Positions 1 through 13,212 of a DNA stretch of 64,000 nucleotides are shown in pieces; the stretch's first letter is position 1; each line of letters opens with the position of its first letter. The position numbers and the translations under genes were made by a program. The stretch comes from Trichoplax adhaerens (lineage: Eukaryota; Animalia; Placozoa), in assembly GCF_000150275.1 (NCBI RefSeq), contig NW_002060943.1:8831070-8895069 (forward strand), in the 5' to 3' direction. A model generated the notes under the pieces. The model did no database searches. It saw only the letters and a list, made by a program, of their open reading frames with translations, and was not told where the DNA came from.

Positions 1-67
1 ATATTTAGTGCGCATATCATTGCAATGCATCGACGATATTTAGTGTGCATATCACTGCAATGCATCG
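1..67. repeat. 35-bp tandem duplication in a GABPB intron
   Basis: ATATTTAGTGCGCATATCATTGCAATGCATCG followed by ATATTTAGTGTGCATATCACTGCAATGCATCG. Confidence 0.75.
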
Positions 68-78
68 TATTTGCTAAC

Positions 79-698
79 CTTTGTTCTGGCATCCTTACAA
101 ACGCCAGCCCGTAATAAGATTTCTGCTGTCTTTGTATGACCATGCCTGGCAGCAAAGTGTAAAGGTGACGTGCCAAGCTAAAGTAAAGTAATGGAAAACG
201 AAAATTAGAACTGCTAAACAGTCCATTTATGATCCGTATCAGATAATGAGCTGTGAAGTGCACTCCGATAAAAGATGATATGCCAAGCTAACGAAAATTA
301 AAACTGCTAAATAGCCCATTTATAATCCATATCAGATATTAGGCTGTGAAGTGCACTCGGGTTTATTGTAAGCACAGTTTTTTACGAATAATGTTTTATT
401 CTGCGCATTTCTATATCAAATTTTTAAGGTAATAACGCTAGACTATTGGCAGTAAATAATTATTCACTACCCAATCGGCTTGGAAAGGGGCTCCGGATGT
501 CATCAGTAAGCTGACTTCTTCCTCACGACCTTGGCGAGAAGCATCCAAAAGTTTTTTACCAAGATCTGCTACTGATGAAACTTTACTTTCGTTACCCGCT
601 AGAGAGTTAGCTTTATCTGTAGATTTACGAAAGTAAGTTTTTACAAATAAAATATTAGAAGTGCAATGATTGAGTAGAGAATAGCGAGCTACACACAT
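79..698 (-). CDS. GABPB: GA-binding protein beta-like ankyrin-repeat protein, 5' exons only (gene continues left of the window)
   Basis: Exon ending at 471 gives ...[38 protein letters not shown] intron (178-470) joins it to exon 177-79, [33 protein letters not shown]. This matches the GABPB N-terminus (DLGKKLLEAARAG...GAPFTTDWLGTSPLHLAA...LLRAGVSRDARTK). The start ATG at 698 is tentative; a possible acceptor lies at 617-618. Confidence 0.88.
171..359. repeat. Imperfect ~80-100 bp tandem duplication overlapping a GABPB splice acceptor
   Basis: TGCCAAGCTAA...ACGAAAATTAGAACTGCTAAACAGTCCATTTATGATCCGTATCAGATA...GCTGTGAAGTGCACTC (171-265) is repeated as TGCCAAGCTAACGAAAATTAAAACTGCTAAATAGCCCATTTATAATCCATATCAGATA...GCTGTGAAGTGCACTC (281-358). 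Confidence 0.8.
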
Positions 699-3600
699 GG
701 CTGCAGAATTGCAATATTGAATAAAATGTGATCAAAAGGTACATCTTTAACTGATATATAGCTTTTCAAGGTTGATGAATTGTGAGTAGGAAAATAAAGT
801 ATTAGTTGAATTGACTCAAGCTAAACTTACTGAATCAGTGATTAATGTCTAAATTAACAGGAAAGTGCTGTACGCGCAGTAGATAATCACAGGCTATTAA
901 TAACTTATACGTATATTTACAGCTAACAAAGGCAAGATCATACTACAAGGAAGTACTCCCGCCGAGCCAAGGATCTATGGTAGTGACTACGGTACTTTGA
1001 TATGACTACGATTTACAACTATTGACTAACTGAGCTGGTATTGTTCCAATAAGTATTGTTGTTTTCTTTCCGTTCGTGATCATTGAGTTAAGTTCGTGAT
1101 CGAGATTCAATTTTACTGTGCAATAATAAAAATGAACTACGTATCAACAAATTAACCATTGCCATTATTGAAATAAAATATCCGACTGGGAGATATTGTG
1201 ATTCATACAGAAGTTATGATTACTTCTCAGAGCCCATGAATATACGCGTATACTACGCGTATACTAGACTAGTGATGAAGTTACATCTTCAATCATAGAG
1301 GATTGAAGAAGTTATCATGAGCATTATACTTTTACGCATATTTTGATACAATTGTGAAAATTTGAAATTGTTGTCTACAGCTATGTCTACTGTAAGTAAG
1401 TATAAATGGACAACAATTGTATGGCGCAGCCTGACGGAAAGTGAATGCATTGGCATACGCATATCTTCTTGTCTACGATTTATTATCTCTTATAATTTAA
1501 ACACCGACATTATTGAACAATACAACTGCGTCTGTTGACGTCTAAAAGTAGAATGAATACATTAGCACACCTTATGGGCTTCATTAGTTAAAACTAAACT
1601 TTAATCTGATAACATTTGAAAACTTTCAAATGAAATATTAAGGGATAATTTGGGAAGAGTTGTGTAGTAATAGCATGCAATAGAGTAAGATTTTCAAAAA
1701 ATTATAACACACCAGTATTTAGGTGTGCATGTGACTACATTTTTCGACGAGAGAATTTGATTTATGAAAGGAATGATTAATCTACAGTATTCTATACCGA
1801 CGACGATCATGACTCTCTTCATAGGTGATACTTTTAAATCCTAGTATTTCAATGTACAGTATTTCATTTTCATTGCTTTGTATTCTAGATCGGTATACAA
1901 CATAGGCGAGTAGCTTAACCTAGTGGGAATAATCGCCTTCCAGGGTTGTTTGTAATAAGTAAACATCCTACTTGCGAATGGACTAGTTAGTAATGATCAC
2001 AGCTGACTTGAAAATGCACACAAGTGGGTATCAAGAAATAGAAATACAGTAATGTATTATTATGAATAGTGTTTTTAAAAAGTTAATGCATTCTACTTTC
2101 TATACCAAATTGCAGATTACAGAATATCATTGTAAAGTAAATAATATCTTAAGATTTATACTTTAAGGTGAAAGATAGAAACAGATCAATTTAATAACAT
2201 CGATACGCATCCACACATATATTGAACTACTCGTTCACTTGCCATTCTTGCTTTCATGCGGCATCTTGCATTGCAAAGTAGTCACGAATGAATCAAATGT
2301 TACGGTTCAAGTGAATATAGAGGAGGAAATATCCTAAAAAAGTACAATTTCAAGATTCATGGTTATCTTGAGAAATACAGAAAAGATTTGATATGTTTAC
2401 GTTGCTATTGAGACAGTACAGTACTGTAGGGACTATTCATCAGAGAAAATACGGTATATCCGAGTTGGATATTGAGCTATGGTAGATATTGGATGCAACA
2501 TGGTTACAACTGCTCATGTTATAGATCAACTAAAAATGGTTTTACTATCTGGGGTCCAAACATACATTCATTACACGTTAAGTCGAGTTGAGCCATTAAG
2601 TGATACTACTGAAAAATGGTTTAATCTTTGCTTGGACTAACTGTAAATCTCCAAGTATTGGTACAAAATACAAAATATAAAAATAATCAATACAGTCATT
2701 TCAGAATTATAGCATTGGAAAAGCTGCAATAATAATGAATAGCCTGTCATTGGAAGATGGCTAGATAAAGTTACCTAATGATTCAATGAAAAAAAAGATA
2801 CTCTTGTATCGACGACGATTTCTTAACTGTAAAATCAAAATGTTATCATGTCGATAAGGGCATCGTATCATTTAAAAAGTAAAGTACAGTAGTTGATGAT
2901 CACCTTGATATTGGTATTTTGGACTGGGAATAGCGAGTTGTGACACAGTCAATCACTCATACGTTTACACGTACCTTCTTTTACAAGGCAATCGTTTTCA
3001 ATTGTCTGATCCACAATCTTAATTCACGGCTACTTGGACAGGTTAACTGCGTGATCATAACCAGATTTGGAAATAAATTGTTACTTGAATATTATGCTAT
3101 AGAAACGTTTCATTTTCTAGAATTTTCACTTCAAATTCCTTTCTTACAAAGTGATGGCACTCACACTGGCGCTGTCTGACATCTGCGGACTGTAGAGTAT
3201 CCGGTACGGCCTTTCATCGATTTACACTCCTCCTACAGTATACAGTACAGTCGGTAACCAGAGTGCAATACTGTAAAGTGTATAGTGTACGTGTCTACTG
3301 TCTACAGTATACTACCGTGTCACGAACGACGGAAAAGAAAGAACTTTCTTTCAAAAAAGTGACAAAAATGGCTGTTTGTCAAGGGTTTTTTACTGGTAAA
3401 GACACCATGACGTCAGCTAACTCAGATACAGAAAATGGGATTTAGCGTCTAGGGTTAGGATTAGGCTTTGGCTAAAGAATTACTACTACTACAGTATTGC
3501 CTTCATTGAAGTTGGCTTGCCATTCTAAGGCTTGTCCACCGTCTGAAGACAGATGGCTAGACGGACACCGATCTTGAAATGATCAATTGAATGCAATATA

Positions 3601-4293
3601 CTGTACTCTACAGTATGTCCAATTCAGGGCAAGTACTGTACTGTACTGTACTTGTGAGCATGTCAACCCGATTAACCAGAATACGGTACGTGCAGTTGGA
3701 CTATGGACCAGAATGTGGAAAAAGAGTAACTTGTAGTATGGATCTTCTGTATCTTTTTTCTTACTCTCTACCATGAATATGGATAACGTTATGCAACTGT
3801 TTTCAAGCAGAAATGATTGAAAATAAAACAGGATTCAATGAAATATTACTTACAGTTAATCTGTGGAAATAAGTCTATGACGGAATGGAGATATTGGCGA
3901 GTGGAAATTGTAGCAAAAATTTAAAGACGATCCAGCATCTGTCCACAAGTCCGACCGTCTGAAGATATTCCAGTCTGTACTACTACCCAGTTTAGTCCAT
4001 GTGCCACCAACGTCTCTGACATAATACTCTCCATCATACTGTATAAGTACTATTTGCTGCTGAGTCAGCAGCAACCTTTACTCGATTTCACAGATTGGAC
4101 CTCAACTTCCATTCATCTTGTTCGTCGGGCTGGTGGTTGGATTAAACTCTTGTCCTATTTCATTTTTGTATCGAATTTGCTACTCATTTCAACGTCTTGA
4201 AATTGCTGAATTCTGCCTCTTACCCTTAACCAGCGCCGTATACTTGTTATTAGTTGTTAATTTAATTGTCAACCTACTTCCTTCAAGTCAGCA

Positions 4294-6459
4294 ATGACAG
4301 GAATACTTGCAAAGTTGCCTGCCTATGTAAAAGGAACGGTGGTCAAAGGCTTCGGTCGAGGCAGCAAAGAGTTAGGGATTCCAACAGGTACTGCATGTTG
4401 ATCATGAAGTAATAGACAATCTACCCTATACAGTCAACTCTTATCAGTCCTACGTTAAGTTAATACGTTAATTTAGTCTGCTAAGTCATTTGCACCTTTC
4501 AAGATTGTTAACTGATACTTGTGATTCTGATCCTTTATGCCACAGTAGTAAATAACAATAAAGTGTGTTATAATTAATTTATTAATCATTATTATTGCCA
4601 ATGTTGTTTCAGCAAAGCGTACAAAAATCCATGTTGAAGGGATAGGCCCTATTGCTCATGTTACTATTTACAAATAGTTTCTCAAGATTGTACTTCACTA
4701 GCACTAGTGATTACTGCTGTAGAATAAAAGAAGGTGCAAATAATCTGATCAAAATGACTTCAATTAACTGACCGAGATCATTTTCAAGATCTGTATACAG
4801 TACACTTATAATTCAATACATAATGTCAAGTCAAAGCTTTGCTGCATTTATAGTTAATGGCCAAGATCTTGTACTTTGGACTATTAAATAGTGCAATACT
4901 GTACAGTGTACGCGTATAAACCATTCACATCGATTTATCGCTCAACTCGATCATATCACTTTTAATCTTAGATATACAAGTCATATATATTTAACTCTTG
5001 ATTCGAATTCATAGTCCAGAAGATTATATATTCAGATGCGATGCACTGGATGCTCATCGAAATCAAAGCATTCGTACTAGTACTGTGTATAAGTCATTGT
5101 TGGGACGTATTACTGCATATCATAGGTAGCCTGTATCTGTGTCTACATATCGCAGTATACGTAAACTCTAAAAACAAGTTACTACAGTAGTTACCAACTA
5201 ACTTAGTGCAGCCTTTAGAGGCGCCTAGGGGCCATATATCGTTGCGCCAGCTCATTCACCTTGGCATGAAGGTGAATACTGTAGTGCAAACCAATTGTAT
5301 GTCTTAAAATTTTAGCCTCTACTAAATTTTGATATTCTCGAAAATTCAACATCAACAGTAAAATAAAATAAATAAATGCAGAATTGATTGTAGTAAATAT
5401 TAAGCTTGACCATGGCAGTGAATTAAACAGAATTTCTTGAAATTAATTTTCTTCTTGTTCTATTGCACTAATCATACGTAGCGAACTTTTCGGAAAATGT
5501 AATGGAATCATTAGCTGGAGATACTGGAAATGGAATATATTTTGGCCTAGCGGCGGTTGATGACAGTCCGGTTCATAAAATGGTAATGAGCATTGGCTGG
5601 AATCCATACTATAAAAATACCAAAAAGACCATGGTAAGCTCGTTCAAAATCATTATCGGTGTTGGTAGCGGATACCTTTATTCGTTTTGCTATTATTTAC
5701 CTAGCTAAAACTACTTACAAGATCGTAACTTGATAATACACCAACACTTGATCATACGAATATACTAAATTCATAGCCAAATTGGCTTTCTATCTTGTAA
5801 TTTAATGAATTGAATTAAATATCAACTATTTTGCTTATAGGAGGTACATGTAATTCATGACTTTGAAAATGATTTCTATGGTTCGGAGCTACGGGTTATT
5901 GTACTAGGACACATTAGACCAGAAAAGGATTTTTCTTCCCTAGGTAAGAATTGAAAGTAGTGTTACTACAGTATCTGGCTTTGTTTTATCCGCCTTGGAA
6001 AGTGAAAGGGTTTAGATTTCTACCTTGAAGGCACAACTTTACGAGTTACTTTAACAAGATGCCATTTCTTATGTGATTCAGTAACTAGTTATTAGATCAT
6101 ATCGTAATAGTCCTCAGTATTCGTTGTAACACTTCCTATTTGATTCTAGCTACCATTACGTAAGCATCGCAATGATACATTACAGTAAATACTGTCTGTA
6201 CAGCCAAATATGGATTTTGCTAACAATTTACTTGAGGCAATTCTTACTGCACTCTGACGTTACTTCAGTAACGTCTATCGGTGTGAAAGTACTTTGTTAT
6301 CCATTCTGAGTAATATTTCTTCTATTCTATGATGATATAGACCAGCTTATTGCCGAAATACACAATGATATCAGAATTGCAAAAAGTAGATTAGAAGAAC
6401 CAACTTTCAAAGCATACTATGAAGATCCATTTCTGACTAAGAACTCTACGAATAAATAG
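4294..6459 (+). CDS. RFK: Riboflavin kinase (4 exons: 4294-4387, 5482-5633, 5841-5943, 6341-6459)
   Basis: Spliced translation MTGILAKLPAYVKGTVVKGFGRGSKELGIPTANFS...GIYFG...KMVMSIGWNPYYKNTKKTMEVHVIHDFENDFYGSELRVIVLGHIRPEKDFSSLDQLIAEIHNDI...; contains the GFGRGS/PTAN and SIGWNP/E-x-H motifs. All introns are GT-AG and phase-compatible; stop TAG at 6457-6459. Confidence 0.95.
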
Positions 6460-6887
6460 ATTGATTATATTATTAATTATTGGTGTGCCATATCCAGCAA
6501 AAACACAGTGAACGTAATTGATTTTCGAGATTGGATTAATTCTATAATGATTGAAATATCGCACAAGGTATCATAATTTTAATCGCTTGTAGACTTAAGC
6601 CAAATAATAATGAGTTTGATTTGACCTAAATTTTTACGTAAAATATCTCCGTTACTGTCTGGTACGGGTGATGCAAATCTAAATAAGAAAATAGCGCACA
6701 ATAATGTTTGAAAAGTTATTATGTTCGGTAATGTTACAGTATCTTAAGTAACATTAAAAAAATTTTTTAATTACTATAATATAATTGTTGATATTATTCC
6801 AATTCATTTTTTTATATAATTTATTTCGCTGTAAATTAACAATAAATGTAGTGGGTTTGAAACTGCTGTAACTTCAATTTCGCGATA

Positions 6888-7007
6888 TTACAGAACTTTT
6901 GGCACATCAAAACCCGTGACAAAGCCTTGCACTACAGGCTCAATCTCATTAGCATACCGTATTGATTGAAAGCGTCGCTTCATCGGGTCAGCTCTCACGC
7001 TATTATA
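6888..7007 (-). CDS. Candidate unannotated terminal coding exon (39 aa)
   Basis: Acceptor TTACAG| is followed by the open phase-0 frame YNSVRADPMKRRFQSIRYANEIEPVVQGFVTGFDVPKVL*. The segment is locally GC-richer than its flanks, and AATAAA lies ~65 nt downstream on the minus strand (6825-6820). No recognised homology. Confidence 0.3.
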   Translation of the reverse strand, partial: YNSVRADPMKRRFQSIRYANEIEPVVQGFVTGFDVPKVL

Positions 7008-7610
7008 CTGTAATATAGTTAGATTTCTAAGGTGAGAGCGATTGCACACCATTCGTTAATTTACACTTTACGCTATTGGAGGCTGAGATAAAAATCTAAA
7101 AATATCTCACACTTTCGAATAAGTTACAAGACGATGACATGCCATTATGCTTATTTACCGATAAATTAGTCAGATGCTATACTGTGCACAACATTAGAAC
7201 GCATATAAATTATAGCAAATTTCTATGAATGATGTCACTCGCAGAAGTGTTCAGGAATGTCCATAGACCTTTATTTTATAATATTTTGGCGAACAAAAGA
7301 AGGAAATTTTCACTCTATTTCAGGTTAACTTGCTAAGTTCAGCATAAAGGTGCAATTCAATAGTATATTTGCAAATAATTATTTAATTCCAAATAGGACG
7401 AAAATACTTTATCTATAACAACTGCAACAACATAATTGTTAAAATACTATAAACAGTCCTCAAAAAACCATTTGATGCATATGTAAAAACTTCAATTAGA
7501 ACTTAGGGTGATCACTAAGGGAGTAAATTTAAATAGTATTCATGACACTCCAAACACATCTGAAAGTCTTACTGGCCGTGAATATGTGTGCTTTGTAACT
7601 GAATAATGGG

Positions 7611-10600
7611 CTAATTACCGTTACTAAGTGATTTGGGAAATAAGCCTTGCCGAACATAGTCCTGTAAAATCTAGTGAAGTAAATCGTGTAATAGCATACC
7701 ATAAAATAAGATATTTTCATATTCGATGCACAAATATAATAAGAAAAAGCTTAGTAATGAATGTGTGTATTACATACCATTCTCAAAGATTCCGTAGTTA
7801 AATTTGGATACTCGTATGTAAATCCTGATTTCTCAATTTTTGAGCCATCAACATATAAATGTTTGTTGTATAATAACTCCTAAATACATTAAGAGTCCAA
7901 CATATAATAAGATAGTATGCTATGTTAGCAGACAAAACGATAACAATAGTAGTGGTACGCGTACTTTACAAATTTCTTATACAAATTAGCTATTTTGAGC
8001 GAAATATGAAGAATTTTACTTACCTGATCTAAGTAAGGGCTTAACGGTGTATTCGTAATGTTATCTCTTTTGCAAGCCTTTGACCACGGTTCCATGTGCT
8101 TTTCATTTGATTCTTCCGAAATAGTGGAAATTCCTAGCTACAGTGAAAAGATCCGAAAATATATAACCTGTTACGACTCTGAATACGCCTACTGTGAACG
8201 ATTTGTTTCACTAAATTTCTATATTTTATTCGTACGTATTTCAATTTACCGAAGCTAAATTTGACATAACGGTATTAAAGTAGTCGTGCTTTATTCCAAA
8301 TATCTCCGATATACATTGACTGATAAAACCTTGAGCTAAGCATATGCAAAAACAACAAACAAAAAATTAATATCTTAACAATAAATAAATTGCATGTAAT
8401 TATACAGTAGCCTCCAAATTGAAAGTCAACTTGATTTCGTAGACTTCCAAACTTAAACTAACTTGTATCTCCCTTATCAGCTAAATTGTAAACTTCGCCT
8501 TTTTTTCCATGTATACATACATGCCAAATTGCACGGCACACATCGTGAACATGTACCGTGTTCAATCGGAGATCACGTCCCCACAATAACTATATAAAAG
8601 TCAGAAAATAAAATTTAAATTTAAAAAAAATTTGTTGCTATGCCTTAAGTATACTATATTATATCATAGCAATCCAATGCCAAGAACCTTCATCTTTTCA
8701 TCTAGTTCTTTGTACACAGCTCCGATAATCAAGCGTGGTGCTAATCGGAACAAAACGTTACATTGTAAGTATGAGTCGTAACTATATTTGTTAAATTATT
8801 TCAATATAGCCATTTCTAGTACGGACAGATTAAGAATTAAGGCAGCAAAAGTAGAGCAAGCATACTTAAGCTTTGGCGGTCTCCAAGACCATAAATAATT
8901 GCTGGTCTCAAAATTGCGTAATTTAGTCTGTCAATTGTAAAATTTAGGTGCCATATATACCAAAAGTTAATACTTTATAAAGATTTTAATTGTTTATATG
9001 TACATATATTCGCATAATAAGTATATTTATCAAGTATCACCTACCCTGAGATACTTTCCAACCCCTTTTCTGCTTTTAACTTATATTTTGCTATTCCTGT
9101 CCACGGATTGAGTTTAGATTCTTCATTACTTCTTTTCTATAATTACCAAGTAGGTAGAAATATTAAAAAGGTTGATTTACTAATTTATATTTAGCATTAT
9201 GAAAGCATTTCAAACTGCTTTGAGATAGGCACAGCCTATTTATTACCTTGTCGCTACTGTAAACTTGAGCCGTTGATAGCTCAATGAATAAATGATGATT
9301 GTGCTTTGCAACTTCCTTAGCAGCAAGTAAGCTCAAGCGATAAATCCCTTCTTCGTATACCTGCACAATATGTGTATGTGTACCAATATAGAAGTAATGG
9401 AATGCGTTACCAAAAAAGTAAGAAATCGTGAGATAGCGAATGAGTATCAATTACTAAAATACAAGTTATCAGCTTACAGAATTGTCTTGACCGTATCTGG
9501 TAGCAGCGGCACAATTTATAATGAATTCAAATTCGCCTTCTTCACAAGTAAATACTTTTTCTAGAGATGCTAATGACAGCAATATGTTTGTTATTCTCAT
9601 GATTTTATAGGAATTAGGGTTTTATTTTTTATGAGATTAAACACAGTTGCGTACCCTCATTTAAAAGATTAACGGACTTGAATTTTACTCTTTCATCTGA
9701 AATGGCCGCCTAAAATTTTATTGCATACGAAAGAATGAATAAAAACGATATAAGCGGCCGCACAAATTTGGCTAAGTTAAGTTATTTAAAAATGTAGCCA
9801 CATCGTCCATTCAATGCGTTGTCTTAAAGTTATTTCAAACCTTGTGAATATCGTTAAGCCACGCCATTTCAGGTGGAACTTTGTCAGCTAAGCAGATCTA
9901 TAAAGTATCAATTTTAGAAATAAATAGTGTTACTAACTGAAGGTGCCTAATGGCTACATCTTTTATTAGCATGATCTGTAATACTATCTCAAAAAACTAG
10001 TCAGCTACACCCTAATTAAGACCTCAAGAAATATATTCGCTATGATGGCGGTTATATAATACGTATGAAAGAGTACGCATATAAATAAGGATCGCATACT
10101 AAAATATTAACCCATTTCAGTATATTTGTAGATTCCAGTATCAATACTAACCTTGGAAACCAAATCATTTTTAATCAAATAGGTAGCTAAATTTCGACCC
10201 ACAAATCCAGTACCTAACCAAAACAGTACCAGAATAAAAGATTTAGAAATTTTAATCTATTCGTCTGTAAAGGTTTGTTTCATAAGGTCAAGTAAATCTT
10301 TTCCACTATACAATGGTATTCAGTACTTTAGTTCTACTGTATAAGAAGGACAGACAACTCCATGATGATTAATTAATTATCACATGCACATCAAGCTTTC
10401 AATGGCGTAATATGATATACTTTATTAGATATTCATGAGATCGCATATTTATCCGGATCATTGTATCACCGTAGCACAGTGGAGATGCGCATGGTAGATC
10501 ATGACAGTACTGCAGTATCTGTTACTGTATGATTGCGTATCATTGCATTGTATATATATAAATTTATTGACTGATTTATGGATTACAATCATGAAATCTT

Positions 10601-13022
10601 GTCAAGTAGCCCAAACGTGGCATCAAAACGAAACGCATAACAGATCGATATACTTGCATGATCACTTCTTGAATGAGAATACAACACGAAAGTGAAAAGC
10701 AAGAAGATAAGCTCTTGGACCTCAACGGTTTTTAGCTCCTATTATGTCATGGGTTACAGATTCAACATTTCAAAACACACTGATGCAATTTTAATTATTG
10801 TTAAGCATTCCCATGATTACCAGACCTAGTCATTTCCATATGACTTATCCAAAAATGTTGTTGAAACGACTCAACGTATATTTTCAATACACTTGTCTAA
10901 ACAGTTCTGTCATGAAGGTATAGAGGCGTTTCAGCAGCATTTTTGGATATGTCGCTAGGAAATGACTGAAGTCTAAGGGTTAGGATATTGGTACGCGAAT
11001 TAGCTTATTGGGGTAAACGCCGAAAATAAATAAAGCTTACTTTCATAAGCTATACAGTATACTACACGAGTATACACGTATATAATGCTCATGGCAGAGA
11101 TCCGGATTAATTTCATAACCATCGCTAGTCAACAATTACAAAATATTGATACACATACAGTAGTTAGACTAGTAAGTAGTAACTACCCTATGAGAAAAAT
11201 ACATTGTTTACAATCAAAGCTACGCTAGTCGCTAAGTTCGTTTTAAACTCCACAGTTGTATCATAATCATTCCATTTTACTTTTCACTTGTAATCATAGC
11301 GCTACTGTATACTGTAACTATGCTAAGACCAATTCTCATCGGGGTAAAGATTAATTAACTATTTAGTGGATAATTTTCTACAATAACAGGCCTTCATCCA
11401 TCAGAAGATCCATGATGATTGATATTTTTTAGGCGTTTTATTCATCCTTTTTAGTTTGTACTATTCCGTATAGCGAATGAAAGGGATGGAATTGTACTGT
11501 ACTGTAAAACCAACGAGGCAAAGGTAAAAAGAAAGAAAAGAGGAAAAAGCCTAGGCGGACTCTGTACAGTATAAGTATAGGAGAGTATGTTTCTTTTTAC
11601 TATTTTCTTTTTTTGTTTTCAGTGACGCAAACAAGAACAGCCAATACAAAAGATTTTAACGAGTTTTTCCTTACTTACTACAGTTCAAATTATTCTCTAT
11701 TCATTCTACAGTTCTAGTCAGTTATGTCTAGAGGGCGATTACTTCAATTCATACAATGCGAGACAGTATTAATTGAATTATGGCACAAAAGAGAAAGTAA
11801 AAATGGAAAAGTTTCAAGTATCTTTCGCTACATCTCGCTCTAATTAAAGATATGTAAAAATTGATATATCGCACTATAGTTCGTTAACGTTTGTTAAGAC
11901 GACGACAATTGGATCAAAAAAACTACTGTAAATGCTCAAATTGAGAAAAAGTGTAAAATTCATCAATGCTTTCAAGCCTTGCATTTCGTAAGCAACAAAA
12001 CGATTATCGAGCCTTGAGCGATACCCTAGCCATTGCACTGTAACATAGCGCTTTGTCCTTGATGTTTGTATAAAGTTACCAAATGATAAGTAAGATCGCT
12101 TTATTCGGTAAACNNNNNNNNNNNNNNNNNNNNNNNNNNNNNNNNNNNNNNNNNNNNNNNNNNGGTGAATAGTATAAAATCCACTGGTTAAATGATAATA
12201 TCAAGATTGAAACACTAATCTAGAACTCCAACGATTTGACAGCGACATGAACAAATGTACGTACAGTACTGTCCCCAAATTTTATTACAGTCGTTGTCGC
12301 CTGCTATCAATTAATGCGAGCAGCAGCAGCAGCATCAGTATCAGTCTCTATTGCGTCAGCAATGAATAGAAAGCTCTTAGTCTAACCTAATTGCAAAAGC
12401 ACGAATTATGGAGAACGCAATATACGTCCATGACAGTAACATACTACTTGAATTTGGGATTAAAAAAGAAAGCACCTTTTGTTTTACATGCATGCATTGT
12501 ATTTCAGTGATATATCATAGCTCTCTTCACTTCATCATTAGGACATTGCAGCAAGAATGTTTTTGCTATCGTACTATAAGCAATCCATGTAAAAAATAAA
12601 AAGCGAATACCCTCCATTCTATTATTAGGCTGTTGAGAAGCAGGAAATCGCTGACTCGCTCTATGCTATTTGGTAATTTCCATCAAGATATAAAAGCATA
12701 GCGAAAAATCAAACCGTAATACCGTTAATGCCAGTACTGGCATTTGTCTTAAACTAACAGTAAATACAATAACCTCCATGATTCAAAATAAGATCCTACG
12801 TGTCTTGATACATGTAAAGAATCGGATGCGGTCGCATCGTAATTGGAGTATAATACCGTCAATAATAACCAAATTGTACATATCGGTAACGGCATTGAAA
12901 ATCTTCTTTAAAAAAAGAGTACTGTAACAAGCCAATTTTACTTTTACAGCTACAATTGTATCGCTATTTCTGTGATACTAACCGCCAAGAATCAAAATCT
13001 TTGGTTTGTTGCAGTCTTGCAT
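7611..13022 (-). CDS. NAD-dependent epimerase/dehydratase (extended SDR family), ~14 exons
   Basis: First exon 13022-12983 (MQDCNKPKILILG-G) splices in phase to 10213 (GTGFVGRNLATYL), forming the Rossmann GGxGFVG motif. Later exons read ICLADKVPPEMAWLN, FIINCAATTRYGQ, FIELSTAQVYSS, PWTGIAKYKLKAEKGL, LRPAIIYGLGD, NTVHVHDVCRAIWH and GEVYNLADKG. Last exon ILQDYVRQGLFPKSLSNGN* has its stop at 7611-7613. Confidence 0.88.
10822..10974. repeat. Fold-back (inverted repeat) element, ~52-bp imperfect arms, in intron 1 of the epimerase
   Basis: Left arm AGACCTAGTCATTTCCATATGACTTATCCAAAAATGTTGTTGAAACGACTCA versus reverse complement of the right arm AGACTTCAGTCATTTCCTAGCGACATATCCAAAAATGCTGCTGAAACGCCTCTA. 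A related sequence occurs at 45346-45390. Confidence 0.8.
12114..12163. other. Assembly gap (50 N); equivalent gaps at 41788-41837 and 43582-43631
   Basis: Three runs of 50 N, suggesting placeholder gaps of unknown size. Confidence 0.95.
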
Positions 13023-13212
13023 GGTAGACCAAGCTACTTTCAGAGTTGAATGTTAATTTCGACACTGTTGTGTTAGGGCATAAACTGAACCGAGTTGGCG
13101 ATATTTCGATTTGATTATTTTGAGCTTGATTTCTATTCAAACATGCTGTACAGTATGTAGAGTACAAGTATCGAATTTTTCATATCAGATTCAGGGCCAA
13201 GCAAGAAGCATT

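Noticed and set aside
1904-1950. tRNA- or vault-RNA-like segment (A-box-like TAGCTTAACCTAG, short AGGCGA/TCGCCT stem)
   Set aside because: No B box (GTTCRA), no cloverleaf and no terminator.
3449-3466. Telomere-like AGGGTTAGG(ATTAGG), also at ~10977; considered as a telomerase RNA template given TEP1 nearby
   Set aside because: Only ~1.5 units, with no pseudoknot or H/ACA structure recognisable; expected by chance.
3856-4074. 72-aa minus-strand ORF upstream of RFK
   Set aside because: No ATG start and no homology recognised. It is followed by a GTAAGT donor, so it is more likely a non-coding 5' exon, possibly of GABPB.
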